DNA of 62,235 bases, filler included, from Chiloscyllium plagiosum (Eukaryota), in assembly GCF_004010195.1 (NCBI RefSeq). It is 4 parts of one record of this genome, joined end to end, with 100 filler letters (N's around TTAATTAATTAA, not from the genome) between each part and the next. Parts side by side here need not be neighbours in the genome. Positions count along the whole stretch, not along the records: positions 1 to 15,521 come from NC_057715.1; 3 more parts are not named here. One strand, 5' to 3'. Numbering within the stretch: position 1 is the first letter of the stretch; each line of letters starts with the position of its first letter. The position numbers and the translations under genes were made by a program. Below are positions 1 through 12,686 of this stretch, in pieces. A model generated the notes under the pieces. It saw nothing but the letters and a program-made list of their open reading frames with translations. It had not been told where the DNA came from and searched no databases.

Positions 1-747
1 TGTTGCAAATTCCTCATTGCTTCTCACTGTCTCTCCAACCGATCCATTCGATCTGATAAGATTCGCAACCAACAGCATTTATTACAGATATAATCCACAG
101 TAACCCTTAAACTCTCTTTAAACTCCTACATCTGACAAGAAGCACATATCACTCTACTAAAGGCCATTTTTGCTCCTTGACAATCTACAGATCCAGAAAA
201 TAACACAGTCTTATTCCTCTACAAAATACTGCCCCCAGTTAAATTAATAGATATAGCTTATATTTTAAGTGTAATCAAGAGACATATCTCAAAAAACATA
301 TAATCAAGAAGGAACCCACTCTACTCACTACTGCAGACTTTCTGGAGGTCCCACTTAAAAACAATACACTTATCTGCTTCTGTGCTATGAACTTTGCACA
401 AATAGTTCCTCCAAAATTAGTTGTGAATTTCACTGTTTGTTAATTTTCCCAGACGCACTCCGATGTCCAGCGATACATGAATTCAAACAGCAAAGGCAGT
501 AACTGTGCAGGTTCTCTCTCTCTCTCCTGCAATGACCTCACCATGTGCTTTCTTTGTCTGATCTTCTCCCTTTTAAAACTGCTGTTGTTTTGACTTTTTT
601 TTCCCAAAGTTCCAAAACAATGCAATAGCATATAAAACAGTAATTGCTGCTCCTGGAATTCACCCCCAACACCTAAAATACCTCAAAAAAGGAGCAGCTG
701 TTATAGTCAGAAATTTTTCCTTCCTCCATCTTGGATTACCCAGAATC
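1..747 (-). repeat. Interspersed repeat, probably the 5' non-coding region of a LINE
   Basis: Minus strand begins GATTCTGGGTAATCCAAGATGGAGG (YY1-like CAAGATGG); no credible ORF; family call from resemblance only. Confidence 0.3.
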
Positions 748-856
748 TGACTGCTAATTTCTCTCTTCTATACTCTTCCCACAATTTGGATGCCTTTCGT
801 TTTAACTTGGCGTTTCAACAATATTGACTTTGTCTAAGTCTCTTCTTTGCCGACAA

Positions 857-1625
857 CATAAGATCGTAATACCATAGACATCAGAGCAGAAATTAGGCCA
901 TTGAATCTGCTCCACCATTCAATTATGTTTGATCATTTTCTCAACCCCATTCTCCTGCTTTCTCCCCGTAATCCTTGATCCTCTTGACAATTAAGAACAT
1001 ATCTATCTCAGCCTCATATATATGCAATGACCTGGCCTCTACCGTTTTCTGTGGCAGTGAATTCCATAGATTCACCAGTTTGGCTGAAGAAGTTTCTCCT
1101 TATCTCCGTTTAAAAGGTCTTCCCTTTACTCTAAGGCTGTGCCCTCGCGTCTAAGTATCTCCTACCAATGGAAACATCTTTCCAACATCTACTTTTTCCA
1201 GGCCATTCAGTATTCTGTATATTTCAAATAGATCCCCCCTCAACCTTCCATACTCTATCAAGTATAGACCCAGAGTCCTCAAACATCCCTTATATATTAA
1301 GTTTTTCATTCCTGGGACCATTCTCGTGAATCTCCTCTGAACATGCTCCATGGAGTACATCTTTCCTGAGATATGGGGCCCAAAACTGCACACAATACTC
1401 CAAACATCATCTGACCAAAGCCTTATAAGAGCCTCAGAGGCACATCCCTACTTGCATGTTCAAGTCCTCTCAAAATAAATACTATCCTTGCATTTGCCTT
1501 CCTAACTACTAACTCAACCTGCAAGTTTACCTTGAGAGAATCCTGGACTAGAACTCCCAAGTCTCTTTGCAATTCAGATTTCTGAATATTCCCCCCATTT
1601 AGTAAAGAGTCCATGCCTCTATTCT
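857..1625 (-). mobile_element. CR1 LINE 3' fragment (ORF2 C-terminus + 3' UTR)
   Basis: ORFs 1423-1614 (QRDLGVLVQDSLK) and 1151-1393 (VQRRFTRMVPGM...RLRGDL) are CR1 ORF2 C-terminal motifs. Confidence 0.9.
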
Positions 1626-2884
1626 TCCCACCACTCTCTCTATGCCTACTTTTTAAAAGATGCCATTTCCCCTCCAGTCTTATTGAGCTGGATGTTGCTG
1701 GAAATGTCGTAAACTTGATATTTGTGGGTTTGAGTTTGGCTCAAGGTTACTGCACCCCATCCAGCAGCATAGTGTGTCTAATCAGTGGCCTGACTGTGAG
1801 AACACCATCCAATTAGGGAGAATGGGCATACCAATGGCAGGACCTGTCTGAAAGGTGTTCATCACTGTGGCTACAGCAGCAGACTATATCATTGCAGAGT
1901 GTGCAAGGGTCGAAAGCATCACATGGCAGTTATTTAGTGCTCAGACCTCCTCAAACTGCAGCCACACTGTGGGAAAGGGTTTAAATCAATAAATAACAGG
2001 AGCATGTGTAAAGAACAGTGCAGTAACTATGGGTGACTTTGATCTTCATCATGATTGGGTTGATCAAAGTGGAAAGGGTAGCTCTAACAAAAAATTCATA
2101 GGGCATGTTAGAGATGGTTTTCTTGAGAAATATGTCATGGAGACAAACCAGGAAGTTGTCTATTTTTGGTTTGGTAATAGGAAATTAAGCAGGTTTAATC
2201 AATGACCTCCCAGAAAATGATCCCTTAGGAAATAGTGATCATGACACGATAGAAATTAATACTCAGTTCAAAAGTCAGAAACATGGATAAGAAGCAACTG
2301 TTTATTTTCTCTTAAGTAAAGAATTTACAATGATATGAGGAATGAGTTAGCCAAAGTGAACTGGGCAGATAATTAGGCAGTAAGCCAGCAGTAGCAGGTA
2401 TTTAAGGAGATTATTCATGACTCTCAGCAAATCTTACATCCCAATAAGGAGGCAAGGTTCTAGGAGGTGTGTCTACCACCATGGCTAATCGCGGGAATTA
2501 TGGAGAGTATTAAGTCAAAAGAGAAAGCATACTGAGTGGCCAGAATCAATAATAGCCCCAAAGATTAGAATAAATTCAGAATCTAGCAAAAGACTGAAAA
2601 GTTCATTAAGAGAGAGAAAATAAACTACATGGGCAAATCCTTGTAAAATCAAAACTGACAATAAGACCTTATTTAAATATGTAAAAAAGAAGAGGGAAGT
2701 CAAAGTGAGCATTAAATCTGTTAGAAAATGAATCTGGGGAGACAGCTTGGGGGAACAAGGAAATGGCAGTAAGTTAAACAGATATTTTGCATCAGTTTTT
2801 ACATTGGAAGATACTTTGAACTTCCCATTAATACTAAAAAAGAGGAGAGGAACTAAATGTTATTACTAAAGAAGTAATAAATAA

Positions 2885-3055
2885 AAGAAACCAAAGAATT
2901 GTGGATGCTGGCAATCAGAAACAAAAACAGAAATTGCTGTAAAACTGAAGTTTTGAATAAGAGTCTCTAGACTCGCAACATTAACTTTGTTCTCTCTCCA
3001 CAGACGCAGCCAGACATGCTGAATTTTTTTCAACAATTTCTGATTTTGTTTCTAA
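2885..3055. mobile_element. Short, partly self-inverted PLE-derived repeat with a decayed hammerhead motif (older family)
   Basis: CAGAAATTGCTG arm pairs with CAACAATTTCTG arm; centre GTT-TTGAATA-AGAGTCTCTAGACTC-GCAAC-ATT-AAC resembles a decayed CUGANGA/stem II/GAAAC core. Confidence 0.55.
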
Positions 3056-3388
3056 AGTTGTAGTTTTGGACAAACTGGTGGCGAAAGGCAACTCAGTCCC
3101 CGGCCCTGATGGCTTTCATCCTCGGATCTTAAAAGTGGTCAGAAAAATAATAAAACATAGTGGATACATTGGTTATAATTTTCCAAAAATTGTTGGATTC
3201 TGCAGAAGTACCAGAGGATTGGAAAACTGCAAATTTGACAGCCTTATTCAAAAAGGAACACAAAAAGCAGGTCACTAGGCCGATCAGCCTAACATCTAGT
3301 GTTGGAAAAGTATTGGAATCAATTATTAAGGAAATAATAGCTGTACAATTGGAAAATTATGATCTAATTAAGTAGGGTCAGCATGGCT

Positions 3389-3722
3389 TATAGAATCCCT
3401 ACAGTGTGGAAACAGGCCCTTTAGCCCAACAAGTCCACATTGACCTTCTGAAGAGTAACCCACCCAGACCCATTCCCCTAACCTATTATCCTGTAGTTAC
3501 CCTTGACCAATACACCCCCCCTAACCTACACATCCCTGAACACTGGGCAATTTAATATGCCCAATTCAGCTAACCTGCACGTCTTTGGATTGTGGGAGGA
3601 AACCCACCCAGACACAGGGAGAACGTGCAAACTCTACACAGACAGTCACCTGAGGCTGGAATCGAACCCAGGTCCCTGGTGCTGTGAGGCAGCGGTGTTA
3701 ACCACTGAGCCACGGTGGCACC
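3389..3722 (-). mobile_element. HE1-type tRNA-derived SINE
   Basis: Minus strand has A box TGGCTCAGTGG and B box GGTTCGATTCC, a conserved body and a CR1-like tail ending GGGATTCTAT. Confidence 0.85.
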
Positions 3723-3734
3723 CCAAAACAAACA

Positions 3735-3838
3735 ATGCTTCATCATAATCTCAATCAGTGTAGGAATTGAACACACGCTGTTGGTATAACTCTGCTTCAC
3801 AAATCAGCCATCATGCCTACTGAGCTAAGCCAGCCCCC
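3735..3838 (-). mobile_element. tRNA-derived SINE head (second family)
   Basis: Minus strand GGCTTAGCTCAGTAGG (A box) ... GTGTTCAATTCC (B box). Confidence 0.5.
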
Positions 3839-3856
3839 TCCTTCATGAAGGGGAAA

Positions 3857-4980
3857 TCATAGAACATAGAACATTTCAGCGCAGTACAGGCCCTTTCGGC
3901 CCTCGGTGTTGCGCCGACGTGTCATACCAATCTGAAGCCCATCTAACCTACACTATTCCATGTACGTCCATATGCTTGTCCAATGACGACTTAAATGTAC
4001 TTAAAGTTGGCGAATCTACTACTGTTGCAGGCAAAGCATTCCATACCTTTACTATTCTCTGAGTAAAGAAACTACTTCTGACATCTGTCCTGTATCTATC
4101 ACCCCTCAATTTAAAGCTATGCCCCCTCGTGCTCGCCATCACTATACTTGGAAAAGGGCTCTCCCTGTCCACCCTATCTAACCCTCCGATTGTCTTATAT
4201 GTCTCTATTAAGTCACCTCTCAACCTTCTTCTCTCTAACGAAAACAGCCTCAGGTCCCTCAGCCTTCCCTCCATACCAGGCAACATCCTAGTAAATCTCC
4301 TCTGCACCCTTTCCAAAGCTTCCACATCCTTTTTATAATGCGGTGACCAGAACTGTACACAATACTCCAAGTGCGGCAGCACTAGAGTTTTGTACAGCTG
4401 CAGCATAACCTCATGGTTCCGGAACTCGATCCCTCTGTTAGTAAAAGCTAAAACACTTGTATGCCTTCTTAACAACCCTGTCAACCTGGATGGCAACTTT
4501 CAAGGATCTGTGTACCTGGACACCGAGATCCCTCTGCTCATCTACACTACCAATAATCTTACCATTAACCCAGTACTTTGCATTCCAGTTACACCAACCA
4601 AAGTGAATCACCTCACACTTGTCCACGTTAAACTCCATTTGCCACCTCTCAGCCCAGCTCTGCATCCTATCTATGTCTCTCTAACCTCCTTCGTCACTAT
4701 CCACAACTCCACCGACCTTAGTGTCATTTGCAAATTTACTAACCCACCCTTCTACCCCGTCATCCAGGTCATTTATAAAAATGACGAACAGCAGTGGACC
4801 CAACACCGACTTTTGCGGTACACCACTGATAACTGGACTCTAGGATGAACATTTCCCATCAACTATCACCCTCTGTCTTCATTCAGCAAGCCAATTACTG
4901 ATCCAAACTGCTATATCTCCCACAATCCCATCCCTCCGCATCTTGTACAATAGCCTACTGTGAGGAACCTTATCAAATGC
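3857..4980 (-). mobile_element. CR1 LINE, 5'-truncated
   Basis: ORFs 4438-4665 (WQMEFNVDKC..RDLGV) and 3948-4496 (LEYCVQFWSP..VQRRFTRMLPG); (TTCTATG)n tail near 3860-3875. Confidence 0.95.
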
Positions 4981-5609
4981 CATGTCTGACTAATTTATTA
5001 GAGTTTTTTGAGAAAATCTCAACCGGAGTGGATAGATCTGTTGCATTTTGACTTTCAGAAGCCATTTGATAAGATACCTTACAAAAGGTAAAGTGATAAG
5101 GTAAGAACCCAGGGTTTCTGAAATAGTATATTGACATGGATAAAGAATTGGCTAATGGGCAGGAAACAGTGAGTGGGGATAAAAGGTTCTTTTTCAGGTT
5201 GGTGACCAATACGAGTGGAGTTCCAGTGGGACCAAGCCTGTTTACAATATATATTAATAACTTGGATGAAGGAAATTACTGTAGCCAGATTTGTAGACAG
5301 GCAGGTTGTGAGAGGGATACAATTTACAGCGAGGCAAGTTAAGTAAGTGGGCAGAAAGTTTGCAAACGATTATAATGTGGGAAAGTATGAAGTTCTTTAT
5401 TGTGGAATGGAGAACAAAAAAACAGGAGATCATTTAAATGGAGAGAATCTGCAGAATGATGCAACACAAAGGGACTTGGGGGAACTTGTGCATGAAACAC
5501 AGAAAACTGGCAGTCAGGGACATCAGGTAATCAGGAAGGCTCTTGGAATATGGGCCTTTATTTCAAGGGGGCTGGCGTATACGAGTAGTGAAGTCTTATT
5601 GCAACTGTG

Positions 5610-5990
5610 TTGAATTGAATGATTTATTGTCACTTGTACTTAACAAATAAATACAGTGAAAAGTGCAATATGTTACCATGCTCTGGCACCATTTTAACTC
5701 ACAGAAGATATTAAGATATAAGACTGAAATTAAGAAACAAGACTTAAATGTAAGTAAAAATACCCGGGGGTGTCTCCATCAAGGGCTTTGGGCTCACTGA
5801 TACCCCTACTGACAGGCCATTCCAGGAGGGCCAATTCAGACCCGCTGCATTGCCACAGCTGAAGTCCAACATCTCCAATTCCGACACTGTCTGACACTGA
5901 CCGCAGATACTGCCCTCTCCACCAACATTGCTGTAATCCCCATTCTCCCACCACTTTGCCATAGCCAGCACAGAACCCAAGCATCATTGA
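5610..5990 (-). mobile_element. Short non-autonomous element with a Rex1/Babar-like 3' end
   Basis: Minus-strand end GTGACAATAAAT..ATTCAATTCAA; similar to 27100-27330 and 30184-30728; interrupts a CR1. Confidence 0.45.
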
Positions 5991-6120
5991 TCCTCAGGTG
6001 CCAGGTGCTGGTGAGACCACATCTGGAATACCGTGAGTAGTTTTTGATCTCCTTATTTAATAAAAGATATAATTTCATTGAGGCAGTTCAGGGAAAGTTC
6101 ACTGGGATGATCCCTTACAT

Positions 6121-6355
6121 AGGCAGAAGTGGGTATTGCAGATGCTGGAGATTAGATTCAAGATTAGAGTGGTGCTGGAAAAGCACAGCTGGGCAGGCAA
6201 CATCCGAGGAGCAGGAAAATCGACATTTTGGGCAAAAGCCCTTCATCAGAAATCAGTCCTGATGAAGGGCTTTCGGCCGATACATCGATTTTTGTGTTCC
6301 TCCAATGCTGCCTGACCTGCTGTGCTTTTCCTGCACAACTGTAATCCTCATCTCC
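6121..6355. mobile_element. Head-to-head palindromic PLE pLTR-derived element with two degenerate hammerhead motifs
   Basis: Arms are reverse complements meeting at ~6250; + strand CCTGATGA-AGGGCTTTCGGCC-GATACATC. Confidence 0.8.
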
Positions 6356-6555
6356 AATGTAAACAGATTGTCTTATAACCAAAGGCAAAACAGGTTGGGA
6401 TGCTTCTCCCTGGAGTGTAGAAGAATGAGAGGTGAGTTCATTGAAGCATTTTGGATTCTTAAGGGACTTGACACAGTAAACGCTGGGAGAATGTTTCCCC
6501 TCATGGGAGAGTCTAAGATCAGATGGCACAGTATCAGAATAAAAGGGCACCAATT

Positions 6556-6847
6556 TAGATTAGATTCCCTACAGTGTGGAAACAGGCCCTTCGGCCCAAC
6601 AGGTCCACACCGACCCTCCGAACAGTAACCCACCCAAACCCCTTTTCCCTCTGACTAATGCACCTAATTAACAGTTTAACCATGGCCAATTCACCTAACT
6701 TGCACATCTTTGAACTGTGGGAGGAAACCCACACAGACACGGGGCGAATGTGAAAACTCCACACAGACAGTCGCCTGAGGCTGGAATCAAACCCGGGACC
6801 CTGGCATTGTGAGGCTGCAATGCTAACCATGGAGCCACCGCACTGCC
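6556..6847 (-). mobile_element. HE1-type SINE
   Basis: A/B box head, conserved body, (AATCT)n tail on the minus strand. Confidence 0.85.
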
Positions 6848-8246
6848 CCAAAGATTTAGGATGGAGATGAGGAGGAATTTCTTCTCTCAGAGAGTTGAAA
6901 GTCTTTAGAATTCTTTGCCACAGCACGCTGTGGAGGTACAGTCCTAGCACATGTTTAAAGCTGAGAATGATAGATTCATGATCAATAGGGAATTCAAGAA
7001 TTATAGGGAAAGGCAGAAAAGCAGACCCAGCAGAATCAGTGATGATCCTATTGAATGATGGAGCAGGCTTCAGGTCTACTCCATTCCTATTTCTTATGAA
7101 TTTATGGAGCCTAGAACTTCATGTCAAATTAAATCTCCTGGTCTCTTCCTCACACTTCACAAAACAGATTTTAACCATTTTGATTTTTCATCAGAATGTC
7201 CTTTCTCATGTTTTTGCTCTAAGTTTTCCCTTATCTTTTCCCTTCTAGATTTTCTTTGCTGTACCGCACTCTGAGTAATTTTTCTGTGTGAATATTTTTC
7301 TCAGTCATTGTTTACTTCACTGATAGTTGATCTACTGGGATTATTTTCCCAGCAAGACTTCAGATCTCATCAGCAAATGCACTAGAAATTAGCATCTTAA
7401 CTCTTGGATCTGCTATTTTCTTCAGACTTCCCTGTTGCTGCAGTTGTAAATTATCATCATAGTCAACTATCACTAGATGGCACTGTTGTTTCTCTGAGTA
7501 GTCTCAAGAGCTGCATTCGTCTGTGGACCAATTTATTTAATTGCTTTTTAATCTGAATTTACGCCAGCACACTGTTCCCTTCAGGGTTTTGTTTTAATTA
7601 TCACTTTGATTTCACATTGCAACCTTCAATGTTTTATTTAAACGTACTGTGGGCTGCACAGGCCATTGTCTCTGCACTCCGATAACTGGTTGTCTCGTCA
7701 GGGCCTACCAAGCCAGACAAGGCCTTCCTGAATTGGACACTGTCAGCATCCCTTTCTCCCAGTTCCCACACGCACCAATTGTACCATCACGCTCAAGCTC
7801 TTTGTGAACTGCCCATACCTATTCCCATCATGCACCCTGGTCATCCACCAAATTACTCCACTTCCTCCCATTCTCTGTCCAAGACACCATACTCTGCCTC
7901 CACCAAGTTCCCAGCAGTTGGATGTTAAAACATTTCTGGCAATATGGAGAGAACATAGTTGTTTTCCTGAATTTGTCTAGAGCGATTATTGAGAAGCGAT
8001 TTTCGTTTCTAACACCCACTCATTGCTGGAAGTCTGGGTTGTAACTTACGCTGCTCTCATCAAATAAGAATGGGTTTGGCAGGACTGAGGAAGGGAGTGT
8101 GATTTAGGAGCCCAAAATATGGAGGGTAGGAAGGACAAAATCTCTGGGAAATATGTGGTGGAGAATAAAATGATAGGATTGAGCAAGGTGGAAAATGTTG
8201 TATTTGTCCTGATTGCCACAGCTGGCACCTGCCCCCTTTTCCTGTG

Positions 8247-8420
8247 CAGAGGAAGCTCAGTTATCCTGCATTAAATTATCCGAATATCAGATTATCCAGC
8301 AAGATCGCAAGGTCCCGATGCTCGGCGAAACTATGTTATCTGGCATTTATATATCCAGAATTCGATTAACCGAATGAAATACTCCCCACCTGTGTCCTTC
8401 GGATAATTGAGGTTCCTCTG
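8247..8420. mobile_element. MITE with 20-bp terminal inverted repeats, Tc1/mariner (Tigger/pogo)-like
   Basis: Left CAGAGGAAGCTCAGTTATCC vs reverse complement of right end CAGAGGAACCTCAATTATCC (18/20); internal TTATCC subrepeats; TA duplication not preserved. Confidence 0.7.
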
Positions 8421-9924
8421 TTTATGGCTTGGGGTTAGGATTGTTTGAGGTGGTTCTCTGCCACCAGACCCCCGTTGTCTGGGGCCAGTCTAATTGTCAA
8501 TGATAGAGGATAGATCGCTGGTGAAGAACAGAAACTTCTCTTGCTGAACAAGATGGTTTACTGTATGATTGCAATCTGTACAGTTTATATAACTCACCAA
8601 ACATAATTACTGAGGACTCTTGAGAGCTGTACATAATATATGCGTTCCCTATGAAAGCTGGTGTAAAGCTCAGCTGCCTTCAGCCATAGACTGTGTGTGA
8701 CATCATTGGAATGTGTGGAGCTAATGCAACTTCAACATTAGCTCTTTCAGAACCATTAGCCTGGTACAACAAACAGCAAGGTGAGAAGACCTCTCGCAAC
8801 CTTGTAGAAATGAATGGAAAGTGGCCAGAAGCATAAGAGGAATGGAGGAATAAATGCTAAATGTCATTCAAAGAAGAAAGGCAGGCAATGGGGAGTGAGT
8901 GTTTTATTCAAGATCACCAGGAGATAAAAGATTGAACGAGAGCCTTTTCTTTCATACACTGTGCTTGATTATACAGAGAAACACATAACAACAATCACAG
9001 TATAATTTTGGTCAAATAAATAGCGATATAGGTAAATCCCCTCATTAACACTCACTACCTGGTTATAATTAAACACTCAGTTCATAGAATTAAAATGGGA
9101 AGGTGAATGAGAAATATGGTTCTCAATGGCAATTAAAAACTACAAGTACAGGATAGGACTGAGGGTGGGGAGGCAGAAGTGACAGGGGAGGGGATGGATG
9201 TGTGTCACTAAGAACACTATGTTTCCCTAGACCAGCTGATTATTTTCATCTATAACCAATCTGTACCATTTCCGATCTGAGAAGAAAGAAATAAAATGTT
9301 TTTCTCTGACCTATATTCATCATGGAATGGTGGCAATATTAAAGAACTCCTACTCTAGAGGACTTGGGTCATAGGTTCAAATCACTCCCAAAGCAGCTGC
9401 TTGAACTTAAATGACATCAATTATTGAGTGTAGAATGAAGTGCTGGTCCCACTGGTGGTATTACTGGTGACCATTAAACTATTGGACTATTATAAAGACC
9501 CATTCAGTTCAGTAATGTCTTTTAGGAAAGGAAATCTGTTACCTTTATCTGATCTTGCCTACATGTTACTCCAGATCCACACAACATGATTGACTTGTAA
9601 TCATTCTCTAAAATGGTCCAGCAACACATTATGTTGTAATACACCTCAAGAGAAGAATCAGAAAAGGAAAGAAAAATCAGGCAGATGAAGCAGCTCTGAC
9701 CCTGGCACCTGAAACGGCAATGACACACTGAACCCAGTCAACTCTTTTAAATCCTCCTGACGAACAGCTGGAAGCTTGTGCAAAGATTGGGAGAGCTGTC
9801 TCAAAGACTGTTAGACACAACCTAATGTAGCCATATTCACAAAATCATACTTACAGTCTATATTCCCTACTCCCCCATCCATTCTTATCCCTGGATACAC
9901 CTGGCCCAATCAAGCCAGGAATCA

Positions 9925-10050
9925 AGAGAAAGTAAGGACTACAGATGCTGGAGATCAGAGTCAAAAAGTGTGGTGCTGGAAAAGCACAGGAGGGCAGGCA
10001 GCATCCGAGGAGCAGGACAGTCGTCATTTCGAGCATAAGCTCTTCACCAG
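9925..10050 (-). mobile_element. PLE pLTR-derived short module
   Basis: AGAAAGTAAGGACTACAGATGCTGG...TTTCGAGCATAAGCTCTTCACCAG matches the hammerhead module family. Confidence 0.75.
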
Positions 10051-10419
10051 CTCTTCATAAGGGATCGAAACTGCGCACGATGCTCTGGGTGTGCTGTCAC
10101 CAAGACACGATACAAAACATCCTCTACAGGAATTCTCTCCAAAGAAGGAGTGGGAACCCAGTGCAGTTACAACAGAGAACTCCATGTAAACCAAACGGCA
10201 GAAATATTGTGCAATGTAACCTACAGATTAGATCGAATCTAATCTGTAATCTTATCTCAAGTGGTTGTGAGTGAGGATGGACAATTAAGCAAATGACAGG
10301 ATGATGTTGGTTCCAGAAATATCCTCATTCTTAATGATGGCGAAGCTCAGCACATCCATACAGAAGACAAAGCAGAAATACCGAGTGGATGATAATCTTT
10401 TCCTGAAATCCTTACACAA

Positions 10420-11355
10420 TTACAATCCAGGCGAAGGAACTGAGGGCATTGTTACTAAGTTTGCAGGTGACACAAAGATAGGTGGAGAGGCAGGTAGCAG
10501 AAGCAAGGAGGCTGCAGATCGACTTGGAAGATAGGAAAGGGGGCAAAGAAGTGGTAGTTGGAATACAATGTGGGAAAGTGTGAGGTTATACACTTTTATA
10601 AGAAGAATTGAGACAGCATTTTCTAAATGAAATCTGTAGCACAGAGGGATTTGAGAATCTTAGTTCAGAATTCTCTAAGCTTAATATGCAGGTTCAGTTG
10701 GCAGTTAGGAAGACAAATGCACTGTTAGGACCCATTTCAAGAGGGCTAGAATACAAGAACAGAGACATACTGCCGAGGCTGTGTAAGTCTCTGCTGAAAC
10801 TGCATTTGGAATATTGAGAAAATTTTTAGGCCCCGTATCTAAGAAGGGATGTGATGGCCTTTGAGGGGGTCCAGAGGAAGTTTGTAAGAATGATCCTGTG
10901 GATGAAGGGTTTGTCATGTGAGGAGCAGTTGATGATTCGATGAGTGTGTACTCGAAGGAGTTCAGAGGGATGAGGGGGTAATCTGATTGAAACTTACAGA
11001 ATACTGAGAAGCCTGGATAGAGTGGACGTGGAGAAGATGTTTCCACCAGTCGGAGAGGCAGAACCCAAGGGCACAGTCTCTGAATGGAGGGCCAACCATT
11101 TAGAATTGAGAAGGGGAGGAATTTCTTTAGCCAGGGGACGGTAGAACTCACTGCTACAGATGATTATGGAGGCCAAGTCACTGTGTGTATCTAAGACACA
11201 AATAGATAGGTTCTTGATTAGTAAGGAGATCAACATTTAGAGGGAAAAGGCAGAAGAATAGGGTTGAGAAATATATCAGCCACGAGTGAATGGTAGAGCA
11301 AACTTGTTGGGCTGAATGGCCTAACCCTACTCCGGTAACTTATGATCTTATGGTC
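10420..11355 (+). mobile_element. CR1 LINE 3' fragment
   Basis: KFAGDTKIGG, ISRGLEYKNRD, LEY motifs and a CR1 3' tail (..CTTATGATCTTATGGTC). Confidence 0.9.
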
Positions 11356-11665
11356 CTCAGTTTTTGTGAATGCCAGTTTTCAACCAATTTGATTCACTTT
11401 ACATAACATCAAAAATCATCTGATGGCACTGGATCCATAAATATGTTGGGCCATGACAACACTCCAACAACAGGACTGAAGGATTCTGCTCCTAAACTAG
11501 GGCTGTGTACCTTGCCAAACTGTCCTAGTAAAGTTACAGCAGTGACACCTTCCCAACAATATGAATGATATCAACTGGCCACAAGTCCAATCCAGGCATT
11601 AATCGCCATCAGTCTCCTCCCAATTATCAGCAAAATAAAATCTTGGAAAGGGCAGCCTCCCACTT

Positions 11666-12686
11666 TGATATGTTCCCACTCATTGAGGAGGGACAATTGG
11701 GCTCCCCTTGTTTAAACCCTCTCTCAGTCTGTCACACAAATATTTAGATTTCTTTTAGTACACAGCTTTATCATGCATCAATTAAAACTGTGCCTAACTA
11801 GATCAAAATGAAGGAACCAATTAGAAGGATTTACTGGATTGAAGAAAGAGGAAAACGATAAAATTAACAACAAACACATACACAATCAGTGGCAATAAGT
11901 TTAAACAGGAGATCATTTGGTACAGACAAGGAAAATAAAGTTTATGCAGTTTAAAACCCTTCACAGTCTTTCAGGTATTGGATTATTTAACCAAAGAGCA
12001 CTTTTTGTTTATTAACTTATCCTTCAATAGTGGTAATATTTGTAGATAATTTTAAATTCTCAGTGAATTATTGTTTTCCCAATTTGTTTTTTCACTAGGT
12101 GTAGCCTTCCAAGATAATGAATAGGGACCAGGGAGAAAGAAAGTCATTTTGTCGTCATAGTTTCCAACCCATGTTATTTATTTATCCACTGCTCAAAGGC
12201 AGTTGTTGAAATACAGTTCATTTATGGATTCCCAAGTCTGGCCCCAATGTCTCTCAGAGCTAGATGCTCCAATGTCTACCTTTCAATTTCATATTCAAAG
12301 TTATCACCTGACTGTGACTTACATAGGAGATCCCAATTCCTTGATGTTAAATCATCTACCTGGTTTTGTAATATTGTGCTTCATGGTTAATATGTCAGAG
12401 TGCTTCTAAGAGGCATACTCATAACATCATCACTGAATCATAGCATGTGACCTAAGGGCATCAAAGTTTTATTACTCCATTTTACTCCAGATCATCTGAA
12501 ACACGACACTCTGCTGGAAGCATGCTTCTCATTACAAGCCAATAATATTAGCCCAAAACTTCTTTGCCTGAAGAATTTAATGTTTGTACATAATAATCAT
12601 TTTAATAAATGTCTGCTGTATTCTTCAATGTCACGATATCTATACTCTGTTTCTTATATTACAGGAAATAATTTAAACCTTGTCAC
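11666..12686. repeat. Possible solo LTR or other long interspersed repeat
   Basis: Non-coding ~1 kb block between two LINE pieces with TG..(TGTCAC) ends; no TSD confirmed. Confidence 0.25.

Larger units (their letters stand above)
1990..7100 (+). mobile_element. Old decayed CR1 ORF2 (APE endonuclease + RT) interrupted by at least seven later insertions
   Basis: GDF.. (~2030), GNSDH (~2230), PGPDGFHPRILK, VPEDWKTAN..RPISLTS, QHG..KGKS/CLTNL, TSGVP..GP, QRDLG and 3' UTR pieces occur in colinear order. Confidence 0.85.
9305..11650 (+). mobile_element. Fragmented old LINE (CR1/L2 group) preceded by a tRNA-SINE-like head
   Basis: SINE-like 9305-9620; decayed EN start (LGELSQRL, ~9780-9860); decayed RT entry (GHDN, KSNP, ISLLPIISK, ~11420-11640). 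Confidence 0.5.

Noticed and set aside
3620..3722. tRNA genes suggested by A/B boxes
   Set aside because: All such heads continue into SINE bodies and tails; no complete cloverleaf with a terminator is seen.
7660..7930. Possible very old PLE RT fragment (RPIVS-like)
   Set aside because: Too decayed to support by eye.
8495..8771. Possible solo LTR (TGTCA...ACAACA)
   Set aside because: No TSD or second copy found; the ends alone are insufficient.
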